From positions 64,244 to 128,243 of the forward strand of contig PFCO01000001.1 of NCBI GenBank assembly GCA_002772995.1: a DNA stretch of 64,000 nt, given 5' to 3'. Within the stretch, counting starts at the first letter, position 1; each line of letters starts with the position of its first letter. The translations under genes were made by a program, and so were the position numbers. Positions 40,864-51,392 of this stretch are shown here, piece after piece. Below the pieces are notes generated by a model. The model was not told the DNA's origin. It saw only the letters and a program-made list of their open reading frames with translations, and ran no database searches. Source of the DNA: Candidatus Niyogibacteria bacterium CG10_big_fil_rev_8_21_14_0_10_46_36. GTDB taxonomy: Bacteria > Patescibacteriota > Minisyncoccia > 1-14-0-10-42-19.

Positions 40864-42016
40864 GAATAAGTTCTTTAAATATGATCTTCATCTTCCCGGC
40901 TATGCTTGTATCCCAATTATACCTCTCCTCCACCATACGCTTGGCATTTTGAATAATGCTATCGCGTAATGCATTATCGCGCATAAGTCTCTCCGCCTGC
41001 ATCGCAATACTTTTTGGATTGCGGACATTGCAAAAGAGACCCGTCACTCCGTCAGTTAAAAAATCAGGGATGCCGCCCACCGGAGTTGCAATAACCGGCA
41101 CCTCTGCCGCCATTGCCTCCAAAAAAGAATTCCCGAGACCCTCAGAAAGCGAAGGCCGTATGTATATATCAGCAATGCGCAAATATTTGGGCATATCCGC
41201 GTGGCTAATCTCGCCAAGAAAAAAAACTCTTTCGGCAACATGCAGATTTGTTGCAAGCTTTTTTAAATCGCGCTCAAGCGGACCCTTGCCAAGCACTAAA
41301 AATTTAACCCGATGAGGAAGACGTTCTAAGGCTCTTATACCATCGTCAACAGCATTTTTCAACACTAATCGCGAAGTGGTGATAACATACACATCCTCTT
41401 TACCCTTTCCTAGTGCGCGCTTTAACGCATCTAATTCTTGGGGGGCGTACTGCCGAGAAAAATGCGTATACGCGACCCCATTTGGCACCACATCAATCGG
41501 AACACGAGCTCCCCTTTTCTCTGCAAGTGATTTTAAATAATTACTGATAACCTGAATTCTGTCTGCCAAACGCAATGCCATCTTCCACATTAAAAACATA
41601 AGTCCTCCATACCGGTATGTCAGATGTGCTTCCGAATCGCCTTCTTGCAGTGTCAGCAGCACCGGCGTTTTTCTATGCAAACCGAGTACTTTCAAAAGAA
41701 ATGGCGACATGCTCGTAAACGATACCATCATGCTCCAAAAAAGAGAGAACGGCTGCTCTTTCACGAGAGACCGCGCCCGCAAGGCGCCGAGTACCGGGGA
41801 GCATAATTTATCAAAAAACGGCAACACTCCCCAACCAACACGATATACCTCTATGCTTCCCACGCGTTCGTGTTTTTTGTGCGCCCGCGAAAATCGGGTA
41901 GTAATCATAAAAAAATCGTATTCCGGCATACGATCAGTAATCTCTTTTATTGCGAGTTCCGCTCCTCCCACAAGCGGAAGGTACGCCGTTGAAAAAATAA
42001 GAACGCGCTGTTTCAT
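40847..42016 (-). CDS. Glycosyltransferase family 4 (GT-B)
   Basis: EGLGNSFLEAMAAEVPVIATPVGG (E-X7-E motif region). Confidence 0.85.
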   Translation of the reverse strand: MKQRVLIFSTAYLPLVGGAELAIKEITDRMPEYDFFMITTRFSRAHKKHERVGSIEVYRVGWGVLPFFDKLCSPVLGALRARSLVKEQPFSLFWSMMVSFTSMSPFLLKVLGLHRKTPVLLTLQEGDSEAHLTYRYGGLMFLMWKMALRLADRIQVISNYLKSLAEKRGARVPIDVVPNGVAYTHFSRQYAPQELDALKRALGKGKEDVYVITTSRLVLKNAVDDGIRALERLPHRVKFLVLGKGPLERDLKKLATNLHVAERVFFLGEISHADMPKYLRIADIYIRPSLSEGLGNSFLEAMAAEVPVIATPVGGIPDFLTDGVTGLFCNVRNPKSIAMQAERLMRDNALRDSIIQNAKRMVEERYNWDTSIAGKMKIIFKELIHGHQW

Positions 42017-42891
42017 ACGACTTGTGTACGCGAACGAACAATGCTTGCGATATAATCTCTAATACTATGCTCAGCTTTCCAGCCAAGCGCCCGTGCGGTA
42101 GTCGTATCAATCGATGAATCAATGCGGTTGCCGGGACGATTCGGTATCATTTCAATTTCGCTCTCAAACATATTTGCTATATCAAGAATGGAATGCGATT
42201 CCTCTGACCCAAGCCCGTATTCCTCTCTTTCTCCTTTTTCTCCAATAAGAATAAGGCCTTGCACAATATCGTTCACATGAGTAAAATTCCGGCGCTGATT
42301 CCCGGGCATGCGCACGGTCAGCGGTCCTCCTTTTATATACTGCTCCTTAAATATTTGAATCACTGAACCATATTCTCCCGAACGTTCACGCGGACCATAC
42401 ACATTATAGAAGTACGCAATAGAATACGGCAGGCCATACCAATCGCCATAATTTTTCACCAAGTCAGAATTTGTCGCCTTCGTCCACGCATACGGGCTTT
42501 GATGCCTGCCGAACCCGTTGTCCGCGAATTTCGTACTTGACCCCGCATATATAAGCTTGCATCCCTGCTGCCTGCAAAATTCTATTACGGCAAATGTCCC
42601 CATGCTATTGTATTCCCATACTTGCCGCACATCTTGAAAACTTTGTTCAACGCGCGGGTATTCTCCCAAATGATACACTATGGAAACCGGTTCTGTGATG
42701 TGGGAAAATATATCTTTTGTATCGCCTTCGATATACGTAGCACCCTCAATATGATTTTCTTTGAGTCCAGTGAAATAATTATCAAGCGAAACAACGCGGA
42801 TATGCGAATCCGCAGCAAGCCGCTCTATAAGGTTAGTGCCGATAAATCCTGCTCCTCCGGTAACTAATACCGTTTTTTGATGAGTAGCCAT
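42013..42891 (-). CDS. NAD-dependent epimerase/dehydratase (second GalE-family paralog)
   Basis: VLVTGGAGFIGTN, YAWTK (YxxxK). Confidence 0.8.
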   Translation of the reverse strand: MATHQKTVLVTGGAGFIGTNLIERLAADSHIRVVSLDNYFTGLKENHIEGATYIEGDTKDIFSHITEPVSIVYHLGEYPRVEQSFQDVRQVWEYNSMGTFAVIEFCRQQGCKLIYAGSSTKFADNGFGRHQSPYAWTKATNSDLVKNYGDWYGLPYSIAYFYNVYGPRERSGEYGSVIQIFKEQYIKGGPLTVRMPGNQRRNFTHVNDIVQGLILIGEKGEREEYGLGSEESHSILDIANMFESEIEMIPNRPGNRIDSSIDTTTARALGWKAEHSIRDYIASIVRSRTQVV

Positions 42892-42896
42892 AGAAT

Positions 42897-43904
42897 CTAT
42901 TTTTTTTCTTTTTTCTTTGGAGATGCTTTCTTGTTTGTTTTTTCTTTTAAAAACGCCGCGACCTCATGGTCATGCCCCGTCGCTTTATCAAACGGAATAC
43001 CTTGCACTTCAAGAAGCGTGTTATTGTAATCCCGGACTGCCTCAAGAATCCGCACACCACGGTCAAGCAGCAAGCGATTTTCTGACTTGGGGGGTAACTG
43101 CTTCTCAAGCGTACGGGCAGTAAAAATAATTGCATCAAGATCCTTTGGCAAACAATATCCGCCGAAGCCCCGGTATGTTCCGTGATGCACATCAAGCCAC
43201 GCGTCTCCAATCCGCCGGTCATGAGCAACCATTTTCCGAACATTATTATAGTCAACGGGCGCTTTTATTCCTTCTTTTTTAAAAACATATTCAATGGCAT
43301 TGCAGATATCTGCGAATATATTACCGAACGCGACCTTCACCGCCCCGAATGAATTCCCTGCGTATTTCCCAAGTTCAGCCTCTGTCGCATTAATCCGCGT
43401 AAAGTTATACGCTCCGAGCGTCCCCGGAGAAGTAAAAAATGCGCGAGGAAGGAGATTGAGTATTTCTGAGGTGTGCTCCTTTGCTGATACGGTATGCCCG
43501 ACGACCTGCCGGTCGGGATTTATCATATCTTCCCATGCGCGCGATTCGGTCAAAAATTCCGGGTTAAACAAAACTTTTACTTTATACTTTTTAGCAATCC
43601 GTTCCGCCGTACCCGGTTCAACCGTAGACTTAATCACAAATGCCTTTTTCTTGTCGGCATACTCTTGAATCACGCTTTCTACAATCTTTACATTGCAGCT
43701 TCCGTCGGGATTCCGGGGTGTCGGCACCGTAACAAAAATAATATCTGCCTTTCTCACATTATCAGAGTATTGCTTCTTTGGATCAGTATCATAACAAAAT
43801 AGGTTCTTCCCGCGCACAAACCCTTCCAGCTCAAAATACCGTTTGAGCGGCTCGCCCACCATCCCCAATCCCACTATTCCTATGTTCGGTTTTTCTGTTG
43901 CCAT
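42897..43904 (-). CDS. Nucleotide-sugar dehydrogenase (UDP-glucose/UDP-ManNAc 6-dehydrogenase family)
   Basis: N-terminal IGIVGLGMVG Rossmann, catalytic GGYCLPKD. K-rich C-terminal tail. Start placed at the internal ATG (MATEKPN). Confidence 0.8.
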   Translation of the reverse strand: MATEKPNIGIVGLGMVGEPLKRYFELEGFVRGKNLFCYDTDPKKQYSDNVRKADIIFVTVPTPRNPDGSCNVKIVESVIQEYADKKKAFVIKSTVEPGTAERIAKKYKVKVLFNPEFLTESRAWEDMINPDRQVVGHTVSAKEHTSEILNLLPRAFFTSPGTLGAYNFTRINATEAELGKYAGNSFGAVKVAFGNIFADICNAIEYVFKKEGIKAPVDYNNVRKMVAHDRRIGDAWLDVHHGTYRGFGGYCLPKDLDAIIFTARTLEKQLPPKSENRLLLDRGVRILEAVRDYNNTLLEVQGIPFDKATGHDHEVAAFLKEKTNKKASPKKKEKK

Positions 43905-43932
43905 AAAATATAGAGTATGACTAAATGCTCTA

Positions 43933-46209
43933 TCATTCAAGCGCGTCGAGACTCGCTAAAAAATTGTTAATTTCTTCCGCCAATGAAGGATCTTTCTCAA
44001 GAACCTCGCCGACAACCCGCCGCGCATCGGCATATCTTCCTTCATCCGCATATATCTCTGCGAGCAAAAGGCCCGCACGAGTTACCCGAGGATCCAAATT
44101 ATACACATCTTCAATGAACTTCCGTCCCCCCGGAGAATTATTCCCCTGCGCGACATCCAAGATAACATTCATCTTGGTTGTGTCGATATCGTTCAAATTA
44201 CCGCCGAGCCAAATCTTAAGTCTTTGCGTCTCTACCAATGCGGTGTCATAGCGCTCCGCGATAACATTGATGAAAGGCAAGTTATAAGACACCTCATAGC
44301 TGAATTTGTTATGCAATGCCAATTTTTTCTCCGCCTCACGAATAAGATCAAGCGCTATATCGTATTGACGCAACTTCGTATAAAAATTCGCGACAAACGG
44401 ATATAAAGGAATATAGTTCGGGGCGAACGCAATCGCGTCCTCGTGTATCTGGATTGATCGTCTTAGCAAATCCTCATCATCTTTTACAATTCCCAATACT
44501 CCATATAAACGTCCGAGCATGATAGAAAAACGGATATTGGGATGCGTTGTTCCGTAACTCGCGACTTCTTTTTCTAGCTCATCCTGTGCGCGAGTGGCTA
44601 TCGCCTGAATTTGAGCATTTTGCAAAAGACCAGGACTCCCCGAAAGTCCATCTGATACTAAACGCGCAAGCTGTTCCCGGACCTCCGGCTCTCCTATAGT
44701 CCCATGAGACGATGCGAGCGCCTCATTAAAATAACTAAGCACGGCATCGTTTTTCCCTTCTCCAACTGCACGGAACGCATCAATAAGAGCAGTGGATGCG
44801 CGATGCGGTTTTATTGTAGCAATGTACATAAACGCAAACGAGGCAAAAAACACTGCTATCACACCAAAGATATGTATGCCGGATATCGCCCGACTACTCA
44901 TGCTCTGGTATTTCTGCTCCCATGTCTCTTTTGAGACGGTCATCAAAACCGCGAGAAAAGCAACGACAATCGTAAGCATCATGTGTGTTGCGAGCACATC
45001 AAATACGAAAAGTGTCTGGAAAAGATATGTGATGACCATTCCAAATAATATGAGTGCGTCACGCGGTTTTAAAATGCCCCGCTTTGCGGCCTTCCGTAAA
45101 GAAAAGAGTATTGCGGCAATCAATAATAAATATGCGAAAAAACCAATGATACCAGTAGATACCAGCCACTCAAGCGGAACATTGTGCGTTCTATCAAACC
45201 ACGGTTCATTGCCGAATAACGCGGGGTTATAATGCTCTCCAAAAGGAATAATAAAATTATTCAATCCCCACCCAAGTACCGGCCTATCTAAAAATGCATC
45301 AACTGCCATTCCCCAAATAATAAAGCGGGAAGATACGGTAGTATCGGTTATCGAGATGCGCGAGAAGCGCGCAAGGACGCTGTTATTTTTTACGAACGAA
45401 ACGTCTTCAAGCATCCCGAGACCAAGGGGGGCAAGCGCGAGCGTGATAAGAATCAATCCTATGATCAGTTTTTTCTTTTTTTCTTTCACCATGAACATAG
45501 ACACAAAGACCATCGCTCCCAAGCCGGCAACAATACCTACAAGCGCTCCGCGCGAACCGGTCAAGAAAAATATAACGAGCTCAAAAAACGCGAGCGCCGC
45601 AAAAAGCACGCGAAGATACGTATTTCTGACATAAAAGAAAAAATACCCCAAAAGGAAGATGTGAAAAGTTAAATACGCGGCAACATATAACGGATTTCCC
45701 AGGGTTGAAATAACCCGGTCGCTATCGGCGAATGTTGTCACCGCCCCCGCGTATTCAAGCAGCCCATAAAATGACAAGAGAACACTTGCGGCAATAGACA
45801 TCCCGAAAAGGACAAACCAATCTCTCCGCTTCTGAAACACGCCTACAAGTACCAACAACAAGAGAAGTAAATGGAAATACGCGATGAATCCTTCCATGCG
45901 CTCAAAATTTGACCAAAAACTGTACGACGGATCAGTACTAAAAACGCTTGCAAGAAATGCCACCCCTATCAATAAAGAAAAAGCGATTATGATAAAGCTT
46001 TTTTTGGGCCAATAGTGCTTAAAATTGAGTATAAGCAGGCCGATCCAGCCGGCGGCAACAACATCAACAATCCCCCGAAAAAGAAAATTTTTAGTGGTAA
46101 TATACGGAAAAAACGCGCTCTTTGAAACGATTAACAATGTGAACGGCAACGCATAAATGCCGATACGCACTACCCATAACAATATTTTTTCTAATTCTCT
46201 TGATTGCAT
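43933..46209 (-). CDS. O-antigen ligase/polymerase-family membrane protein with C-terminal TPR-like domain, 758 aa
   Basis: ~12 TM helices with Wzy_C-like FLTGSRGALVG region; ~300-aa soluble alpha-helical repeat C-terminus. Confidence 0.7.
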   Translation of the reverse strand: MQSRELEKILLWVVRIGIYALPFTLLIVSKSAFFPYITTKNFLFRGIVDVVAAGWIGLLILNFKHYWPKKSFIIIAFSLLIGVAFLASVFSTDPSYSFWSNFERMEGFIAYFHLLLLLLVLVGVFQKRRDWFVLFGMSIAASVLLSFYGLLEYAGAVTTFADSDRVISTLGNPLYVAAYLTFHIFLLGYFFFYVRNTYLRVLFAALAFFELVIFFLTGSRGALVGIVAGLGAMVFVSMFMVKEKKKKLIIGLILITLALAPLGLGMLEDVSFVKNNSVLARFSRISITDTTVSSRFIIWGMAVDAFLDRPVLGWGLNNFIIPFGEHYNPALFGNEPWFDRTHNVPLEWLVSTGIIGFFAYLLLIAAILFSLRKAAKRGILKPRDALILFGMVITYLFQTLFVFDVLATHMMLTIVVAFLAVLMTVSKETWEQKYQSMSSRAISGIHIFGVIAVFFASFAFMYIATIKPHRASTALIDAFRAVGEGKNDAVLSYFNEALASSHGTIGEPEVREQLARLVSDGLSGSPGLLQNAQIQAIATRAQDELEKEVASYGTTHPNIRFSIMLGRLYGVLGIVKDDEDLLRRSIQIHEDAIAFAPNYIPLYPFVANFYTKLRQYDIALDLIREAEKKLALHNKFSYEVSYNLPFINVIAERYDTALVETQRLKIWLGGNLNDIDTTKMNVILDVAQGNNSPGGRKFIEDVYNLDPRVTRAGLLLAEIYADEGRYADARRVVGEVLEKDPSLAEEINNFLASLDALE

Positions 46210-46255
46210 AAGTAATTAAAGACTATCACAGTCCCCTATAAAAATAAATGCGCTA

Positions 46256-47284
46256 TTATTGTAAACGTTTTTTGACGATATCCGCGATAAAATCTTCTGT
46301 TATCTGCACCGCTTCGTGCGTAGCGCCTCCTATGTGCGGAACGATAATGAGCCTGCCCATCTTCTCAAAATCTTCAAAAGAAACGCATGCATGATTATAT
46401 AACTCATTCCCGCTTAAGTGCTTGCCGCCTCCCATATCCTCGCGCGCCATAACATCAAGCGCCGCGCCTTTTATCCATCCTTCTTTCAAGGCGCACAACA
46501 ACGCTTCTTCATCAACAAGTTCTCCGCGCGCCGTATTTACAACATAGGGCGTTTTTTCTTTCATCAATGCAAAATGTCTCCGCTGCAAAATAACTTCCGG
46601 CCTCTCCTGGTCATATGACGCATGCATGGATATAATATCTGCCCTTTTGCATAATTCTTCTAATGACAATGCTTTTTTTGCCGACCGTGCTGTTTTTTTG
46701 TACGGATCATAAAATAATACATTCATCCGAAACGCCTTTGCATATTGCGCGACAATTTTTCCTAAACGTCCGAACCCTATGATGCCGAGCGTCTTCCCCG
46801 CAAGCTGGTTGCCTTTGAAGGCATCTCGGTTCCATCTTTCGGAAGCGCTGCCAACACCTCTGCTGTTACCGTATCCGGTAACGGTGCCATACGCCCAAGG
46901 AATATTTCGAGCTAATGCCAATATAAGCCCCCACGTCATCTCCGCGGTTGAGGGGATATGTTTTAAAAATCCTGTGCGCCCCTTCAGAGAAATGATTTTT
47001 ATTTTTCTCTTCTTGGCTTCTCTCGTATCAATGTGATTCAGCCCTGTTGTATTTGTCGCAATTATTTTGAGATTTGGCATCTTATCCATCCACAAAAAGT
47101 CTATTTTATGCCTAAGACGCACCACGAGAACATTCGTATGCGCAAGGAAATCTTTTCTCTCATCGTCACTCGTCACTGACAGCGCAAGATCATCCTCCCA
47201 AAACCGGACATTACCAAGAGCGCGATAGATGGTAACCGCATTTGGAGAATAATCATGTTTTCCTTCTAAAATAAGTATGTTCAT
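46256..47284 (-). CDS. D-isomer-specific 2-hydroxyacid dehydrogenase (NAD-binding)
   Basis: GKTLGIIGFGRLGKIVAQYAKAFRMNV NAD-binding fingerprint, catalytic His near the C-terminus (IVPHIGGAT). Confidence 0.8.
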   Translation of the reverse strand: MNILILEGKHDYSPNAVTIYRALGNVRFWEDDLALSVTSDDERKDFLAHTNVLVVRLRHKIDFLWMDKMPNLKIIATNTTGLNHIDTREAKKRKIKIISLKGRTGFLKHIPSTAEMTWGLILALARNIPWAYGTVTGYGNSRGVGSASERWNRDAFKGNQLAGKTLGIIGFGRLGKIVAQYAKAFRMNVLFYDPYKKTARSAKKALSLEELCKRADIISMHASYDQERPEVILQRRHFALMKEKTPYVVNTARGELVDEEALLCALKEGWIKGAALDVMAREDMGGGKHLSGNELYNHACVSFEDFEKMGRLIIVPHIGGATHEAVQITEDFIADIVKKRLQ

Positions 47285-48012
47285 ACTCCTTTTTCCAACC
47301 GTATTAATGCTTTTTCGGCGACCTCCCAATCTTCGGGCTCATCAATGTCAACTATGTATTTTGTTTCTATTGTATATGGGGCAACCCGCTTCCCATAAAA
47401 ATGAGGGTCCTTTCCCTCAAATAAAAGATCTGTCTTAAAAAGATAGATCGCGCCAACGCTCCAATATGCATCTTTAAGGTCCTGCCGCCGTATCGCGCGG
47501 TTGCGCACCGGATCACCGTTTATCAACTCCATAAAACCGTCATCCCGTATGACCATGCCCTTATACGGGCTGAATTGCTTCGGTATCTTTGAAACGCTCA
47601 ACACAGTGTCTGCGCCGGCATCAAGAAGAGCAACGGCGTCCTTGATATGAAAAGGCTGACGCAACGGCGAAGTCGGCTGTAATATCATCACATAATCAGG
47701 TTTATATCCTTCCCGCTCCTTGAGCCACTCTACCGCATGCCGAATGACCGGTAAATGCGCCGTATTGTCTTTCGCTAATTCTTTCGGCCGTATGAACGGA
47801 ACTTCGCATCCATAGCGTTTCGCGACTTCCGCTATGTCTGCGTCATCGGTTGAAAGAATAAGACGGTCAAATACCTCGGATCTTTGCGCAGCAGCGATCG
47901 TATAAAAAATAAGCGGCTTTCCCAAAAGCGGCTTTACATTTTTGCCCGGAATTCCTTTCGAACCTCCACGCGCAGTAACAATGCCTAATATTTTTTTATG
48001 GCTCTTGCTCAT
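47281..48012 (-). CDS. neuA: Acylneuraminate (CMP-nonulosonate) cytidylyltransferase
   Basis: ILGIVTARGGSKGIPGKNVKPLLGKPLIFYTI signature of CMP-NeuAc/CMP-Kdo synthetase family. Start placed at MSKSHKK; track ORF has a long upstream extension. Confidence 0.8.
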   Translation of the reverse strand: MSKSHKKILGIVTARGGSKGIPGKNVKPLLGKPLIFYTIAAAQRSEVFDRLILSTDDADIAEVAKRYGCEVPFIRPKELAKDNTAHLPVIRHAVEWLKEREGYKPDYVMILQPTSPLRQPFHIKDAVALLDAGADTVLSVSKIPKQFSPYKGMVIRDDGFMELINGDPVRNRAIRRQDLKDAYWSVGAIYLFKTDLLFEGKDPHFYGKRVAPYTIETKYIVDIDEPEDWEVAEKALIRLEKGV

Positions 48013-49171
48013 GGAATGTTTTTTGAATATACAGAGGAACTGTCGCAAGTGTTTCCGCGATACGCTCTGCGGTGTTTTCTCCATGGTACATGCTTGACGC
48101 CGGATACCGCCCATGCGTCATCTGCTTTTGTATCGCCTTTTTTATGTCTTCTTTTGTGTCAGAAACCTCTACGACATTTTCTGAACGCAATCGTCCGTTT
48201 TGCCGCGTGCCTGTCATAACAACAGGAACTCCCAAGTACGAACACTCTTTTATGCCCGCTGAAGAATTCCCGATAAGCATTTTAGTGTTTTTCAGCAACG
48301 CAAGAAAAACTTTCGGCGGCAAATACCGCGTGAATCTGATGGTATGACCCTCTGCCGTATCACGAAATCTGCGGAGCTCGTGCGAGATTTCTTCAGCACC
48401 TGCGTCAAAATTCGGCCAAAACCATAACGCGGGCATCCCTGTTTCATGTACCGCCTCCAAAAGCATCCGTGTTTTTTCTCCCAATGTTCCTACCTCAGTG
48501 CTTACGGGATGATACATCACCATCAAAAAATCATTATTGAATGCGATGCGCGCGCCACTCCCCGTTTCATCAAAATCTATAACGTCTGCCGAGTCGGTGG
48601 CGGCTTTGTGCACCAGCTCAACATCGGGACTGCCGAAATTAAATACATATTCCGGCCGCTCTCCCATGCAGATGACCCGCTTACGCGCATCTTCATTCGT
48701 CGTAAAGTGGATGTGCGCAAGCTTGGTAATCGCATGCCTTACTGATTCGTCGAGTGTCCCCGAAACATCTCCTCCTTCAATGTGCGCAACAGGGATATTC
48801 ATGTACGCCGCTGCAGTTGCCGCCGCAAGTACTTCAAACCGGTCCCCGCGCACAAGCACAAGATCAGGCTGTATTGCTCCGAAAATCGTCGAGAACTCTA
48901 TTGTTCCAAGTCCCGCGGTTTTTGCTTTTGTGATGCCGTCACTGCCTTCCAAATTGAAATATGCATCATGAATATGAGTAAATCCTCCGCGCCGCAATTC
49001 TTCCTTTATGTTTGTAAACTTGGAAAGATACTTTGGAAGAAGAGCAGCTCCCCCGACAATAATGTGCAGCTCCGTATCATCACGCCTGCGGAGCTCTTCA
49101 AGTATCAAAAAATTCCTGCTGTAATGAATAAAGCTCGTAATTACAAAACAAATTTTTCTTTTCTTATTCAT
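47996..49171 (-). CDS. neuC: UDP-N-acetylglucosamine 2-epimerase (hydrolysing, NeuC-like)
   Basis: GT-B-like epimerase_2 fold; genomic context between neuA and neuB. Confidence 0.7.
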   Translation of the reverse strand: MNKKRKICFVITSFIHYSRNFLILEELRRRDDTELHIIVGGAALLPKYLSKFTNIKEELRRGGFTHIHDAYFNLEGSDGITKAKTAGLGTIEFSTIFGAIQPDLVLVRGDRFEVLAAATAAAYMNIPVAHIEGGDVSGTLDESVRHAITKLAHIHFTTNEDARKRVICMGERPEYVFNFGSPDVELVHKAATDSADVIDFDETGSGARIAFNNDFLMVMYHPVSTEVGTLGEKTRMLLEAVHETGMPALWFWPNFDAGAEEISHELRRFRDTAEGHTIRFTRYLPPKVFLALLKNTKMLIGNSSAGIKECSYLGVPVVMTGTRQNGRLRSENVVEVSDTKEDIKKAIQKQMTHGRYPASSMYHGENTAERIAETLATVPLYIQKTFHEQEP

Positions 49172-49360
49172 ATGTCGTCTGTCTTTTTTCTATAAAAATA
49201 ATTGACGAAATAATATATATGTATTGTAGTATGGTTTTTGCTACCTGTCTCCCTAAGTAGCCCGTTCTTCGTGCGTCCCTCTCATTTCTCTCCCCTGAGA
49301 TACAATAATATGGCATTATAATACAATTTATCACCCCACCTAGTCTAGACTTGACAGTAA

Positions 49361-49394
49361 TAAAAAAGAGTGGAATTTTAATTCCACTCTTTTG
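49361..49394. terminator. Intrinsic terminator downstream of neuB
   Basis: aaaaa-agagtggaat-ttta-attccactct-ttt. Confidence 0.65.
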
Positions 49395-49405
49395 CTCAAA
49401 AACCC

Positions 49406-50518
49406 CTACACAATGATGTCTTTAGTGATGGGATCGTATTTTTTTAAAGCTTTCGTTATCGTCTTTCCCAATACAGATTCATACTCTTCTGAGGGCAGCC
49501 CGCCGGCATATTGCTGGGGTCGCATGGCATAAAGCACATCTTTTGTGAGAACAGTGCCTACAGACATGTCATGACCCGCCATAAGCGATTTTCTGAATAA
49601 TGGACGGAAAGCCGACTCTCCTTCTTGGAGACACTTTTCTCTGGGTGCTGTCTGCGCTCTCTTTGCAAAATCACTCGCCAGCACTGCTTTTTTTCTGGAG
49701 CCGCTCTCATATGCCGCATGCGCGCGATCCACTAATTCTTTAAATTCGCCAGGTGTAAATGACACCTTATGGTCAGCGCCATACAACTCGCGGTCCATAG
49801 AAAAATGTTTTTCTATAATCGTTGCGCCCAAAGCTACCGCCGTCTCTACCGAATCAAATGAAAGAGAATGATCCGAAAATCCTATCGGCATCTGAAATAT
49901 CTCTTTATATAGCTCTATTGTTGGGAGACGAAGCTCCTCTGGCGGGCAAGGATATTGCGACACGCAATGCAAAAGTGCAACCTTATCATTCTTCTCCCGC
50001 AAAAAGGCAACTGCTCTTTTTACTTCTTCAAGGGTGCTCATCCCCGAAGAAATAATAATTGGCTTGCCGCTCTCACGCATATAATCGAGCATAACAAAAT
50101 CCAAAATATCACCCGAACCGATTTTCCAAAATTGCATGCCTACAGAATCCAGCATTTTTGCAGCACCCCGGCTCATTGGCGTAGAAAGAAAATATATCCC
50201 CTTTTTATCACAATACGCCTTTAAGGGCTTCCAAAAAGCTTCAAACGGAGTGGCGTTTGTATTACGCGTTACCCAAGAATATCGATCGCTCCCTTTAAAG
50301 TGAGGCGCTGTTACATCAATATCAAGCTGCTCGTCTTCAACATTATGTGTCTGCCATTTTACGGCATCAACACCTGCTGCGGCCGCTTCGTCAACGAGCT
50401 GTTTTGCATTCGCCAAATATTCCTCTACCGAGCGATCTTCTTCCGTTTGGATGAAGTTCTTTCCTGCTTCGGCGATAATAAAAAGGTCCGTGCTTAGCTT
50501 TTCCCAGATCATATCCAT
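49406..50518 (-). CDS. neuB: N-acetylneuraminate (nonulosonate) synthase NeuB family with C-terminal SAF domain
   Basis: IIAEAGKNF, GVDAVKWQTH, IGSGD, IISSGMST, LLHCVSQYP, GFSDHS, GATIIEKHFS, then SAF-like C-terminus. Track ORF extends 26 codons further upstream. Confidence 0.85.
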   Translation of the reverse strand: MDMIWEKLSTDLFIIAEAGKNFIQTEEDRSVEEYLANAKQLVDEAAAAGVDAVKWQTHNVEDEQLDIDVTAPHFKGSDRYSWVTRNTNATPFEAFWKPLKAYCDKKGIYFLSTPMSRGAAKMLDSVGMQFWKIGSGDILDFVMLDYMRESGKPIIISSGMSTLEEVKRAVAFLREKNDKVALLHCVSQYPCPPEELRLPTIELYKEIFQMPIGFSDHSLSFDSVETAVALGATIIEKHFSMDRELYGADHKVSFTPGEFKELVDRAHAAYESGSRKKAVLASDFAKRAQTAPREKCLQEGESAFRPLFRKSLMAGHDMSVGTVLTKDVLYAMRPQQYAGGLPSEEYESVLGKTITKALKKYDPITKDIIV

Positions 50519-50657
50519 GCCTCCTCTTTGTTTGTGAATGTTCATGCCAAAAGAATATAAAACACATACCAAAATGTCAACCAGATGTATTGTCACCCTT
50601 CGGCAAGTTTAGAATAAGCTCAAGGCAAGCTACCAAGAATACCCATAAATAGAATAT

Positions 50658-50690
50658 AAAAAAAGCGGGCACATGAGGCCCGCCCGCAAA
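50658..50690 (-). terminator. Intrinsic terminator downstream of the DUF4956 gene
   Basis: Minus strand: gcgggcctcatgtgcccgc followed by TTTTTTT. Confidence 0.65.
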
Positions 50691-50706
50691 AACTAATAAG
50701 CTAGAT

Positions 50707-51387
50707 CTAATATTCCACATCATCCTTATACGCGATAACTTTTACATGAGAAACGCCCGCGCGCCCGGAAAGCTCCCGCACAAATTCATCAATACGAAGG
50801 GTGTCAATAAACTTTACATGATACACCATCTCGGACGCAGTACCTCCCTCTCGTGCGTTAATGTTCAAAAGCATGCTATTTTTTATGTATTTCTGAAACA
50901 ACTCCTCAAATGAGTGGGACCCGCCGTCCTTACTGTCCACAATAAACGAAAGCAGATGTTCGTGCGAATGGAATGAACCGAAATTAATCTTTGTAAGAAA
51001 AAAGATTATCGCTAATATCAGCGCTGTCGAAACAAGCGCAATCGCGTAATTTCCGGTACCAACTGCCATACCCACACCCAACGCAAAGAAAATAAATCCT
51101 ACATCTTTCGTATCTTTGACCGGCGTCCTGAACCGGATAATGGAAAAAGCGCCCAAGAGAGCAAATGCCCGCGCAACGCTGCTCCCGATGACCATCATCA
51201 CCATTGCAACGATAACCGATACCAATACAAGCGTGAATACAAAGGACTGCGAATACGACACCCCGCGATGGGTTTTTTTATACACATACGCAATCAAAAA
51301 AGACAACCCAAATGTGAGCAGGATATTGAACGCAATATACGGAATGGAGAAAGACGCCCCCGCGCCTTCCGAAAATAAACTTTCCAT
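50707..51387 (-). CDS. DUF4956-family membrane protein, 226 aa
   Basis: 4 TM helices then soluble C-terminal domain; pattern recalled as matching DUF4956 proteins that accompany VTC-domain genes. Confidence 0.6.
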   Translation of the reverse strand: MESLFSEGAGASFSIPYIAFNILLTFGLSFLIAYVYKKTHRGVSYSQSFVFTLVLVSVIVAMVMMVIGSSVARAFALLGAFSIIRFRTPVKDTKDVGFIFFALGVGMAVGTGNYAIALVSTALILAIIFFLTKINFGSFHSHEHLLSFIVDSKDGGSHSFEELFQKYIKNSMLLNINAREGGTASEMVYHVKFIDTLRIDEFVRELSGRAGVSHVKVIAYKDDVEY

Positions 51388-51392
51388 ATGGA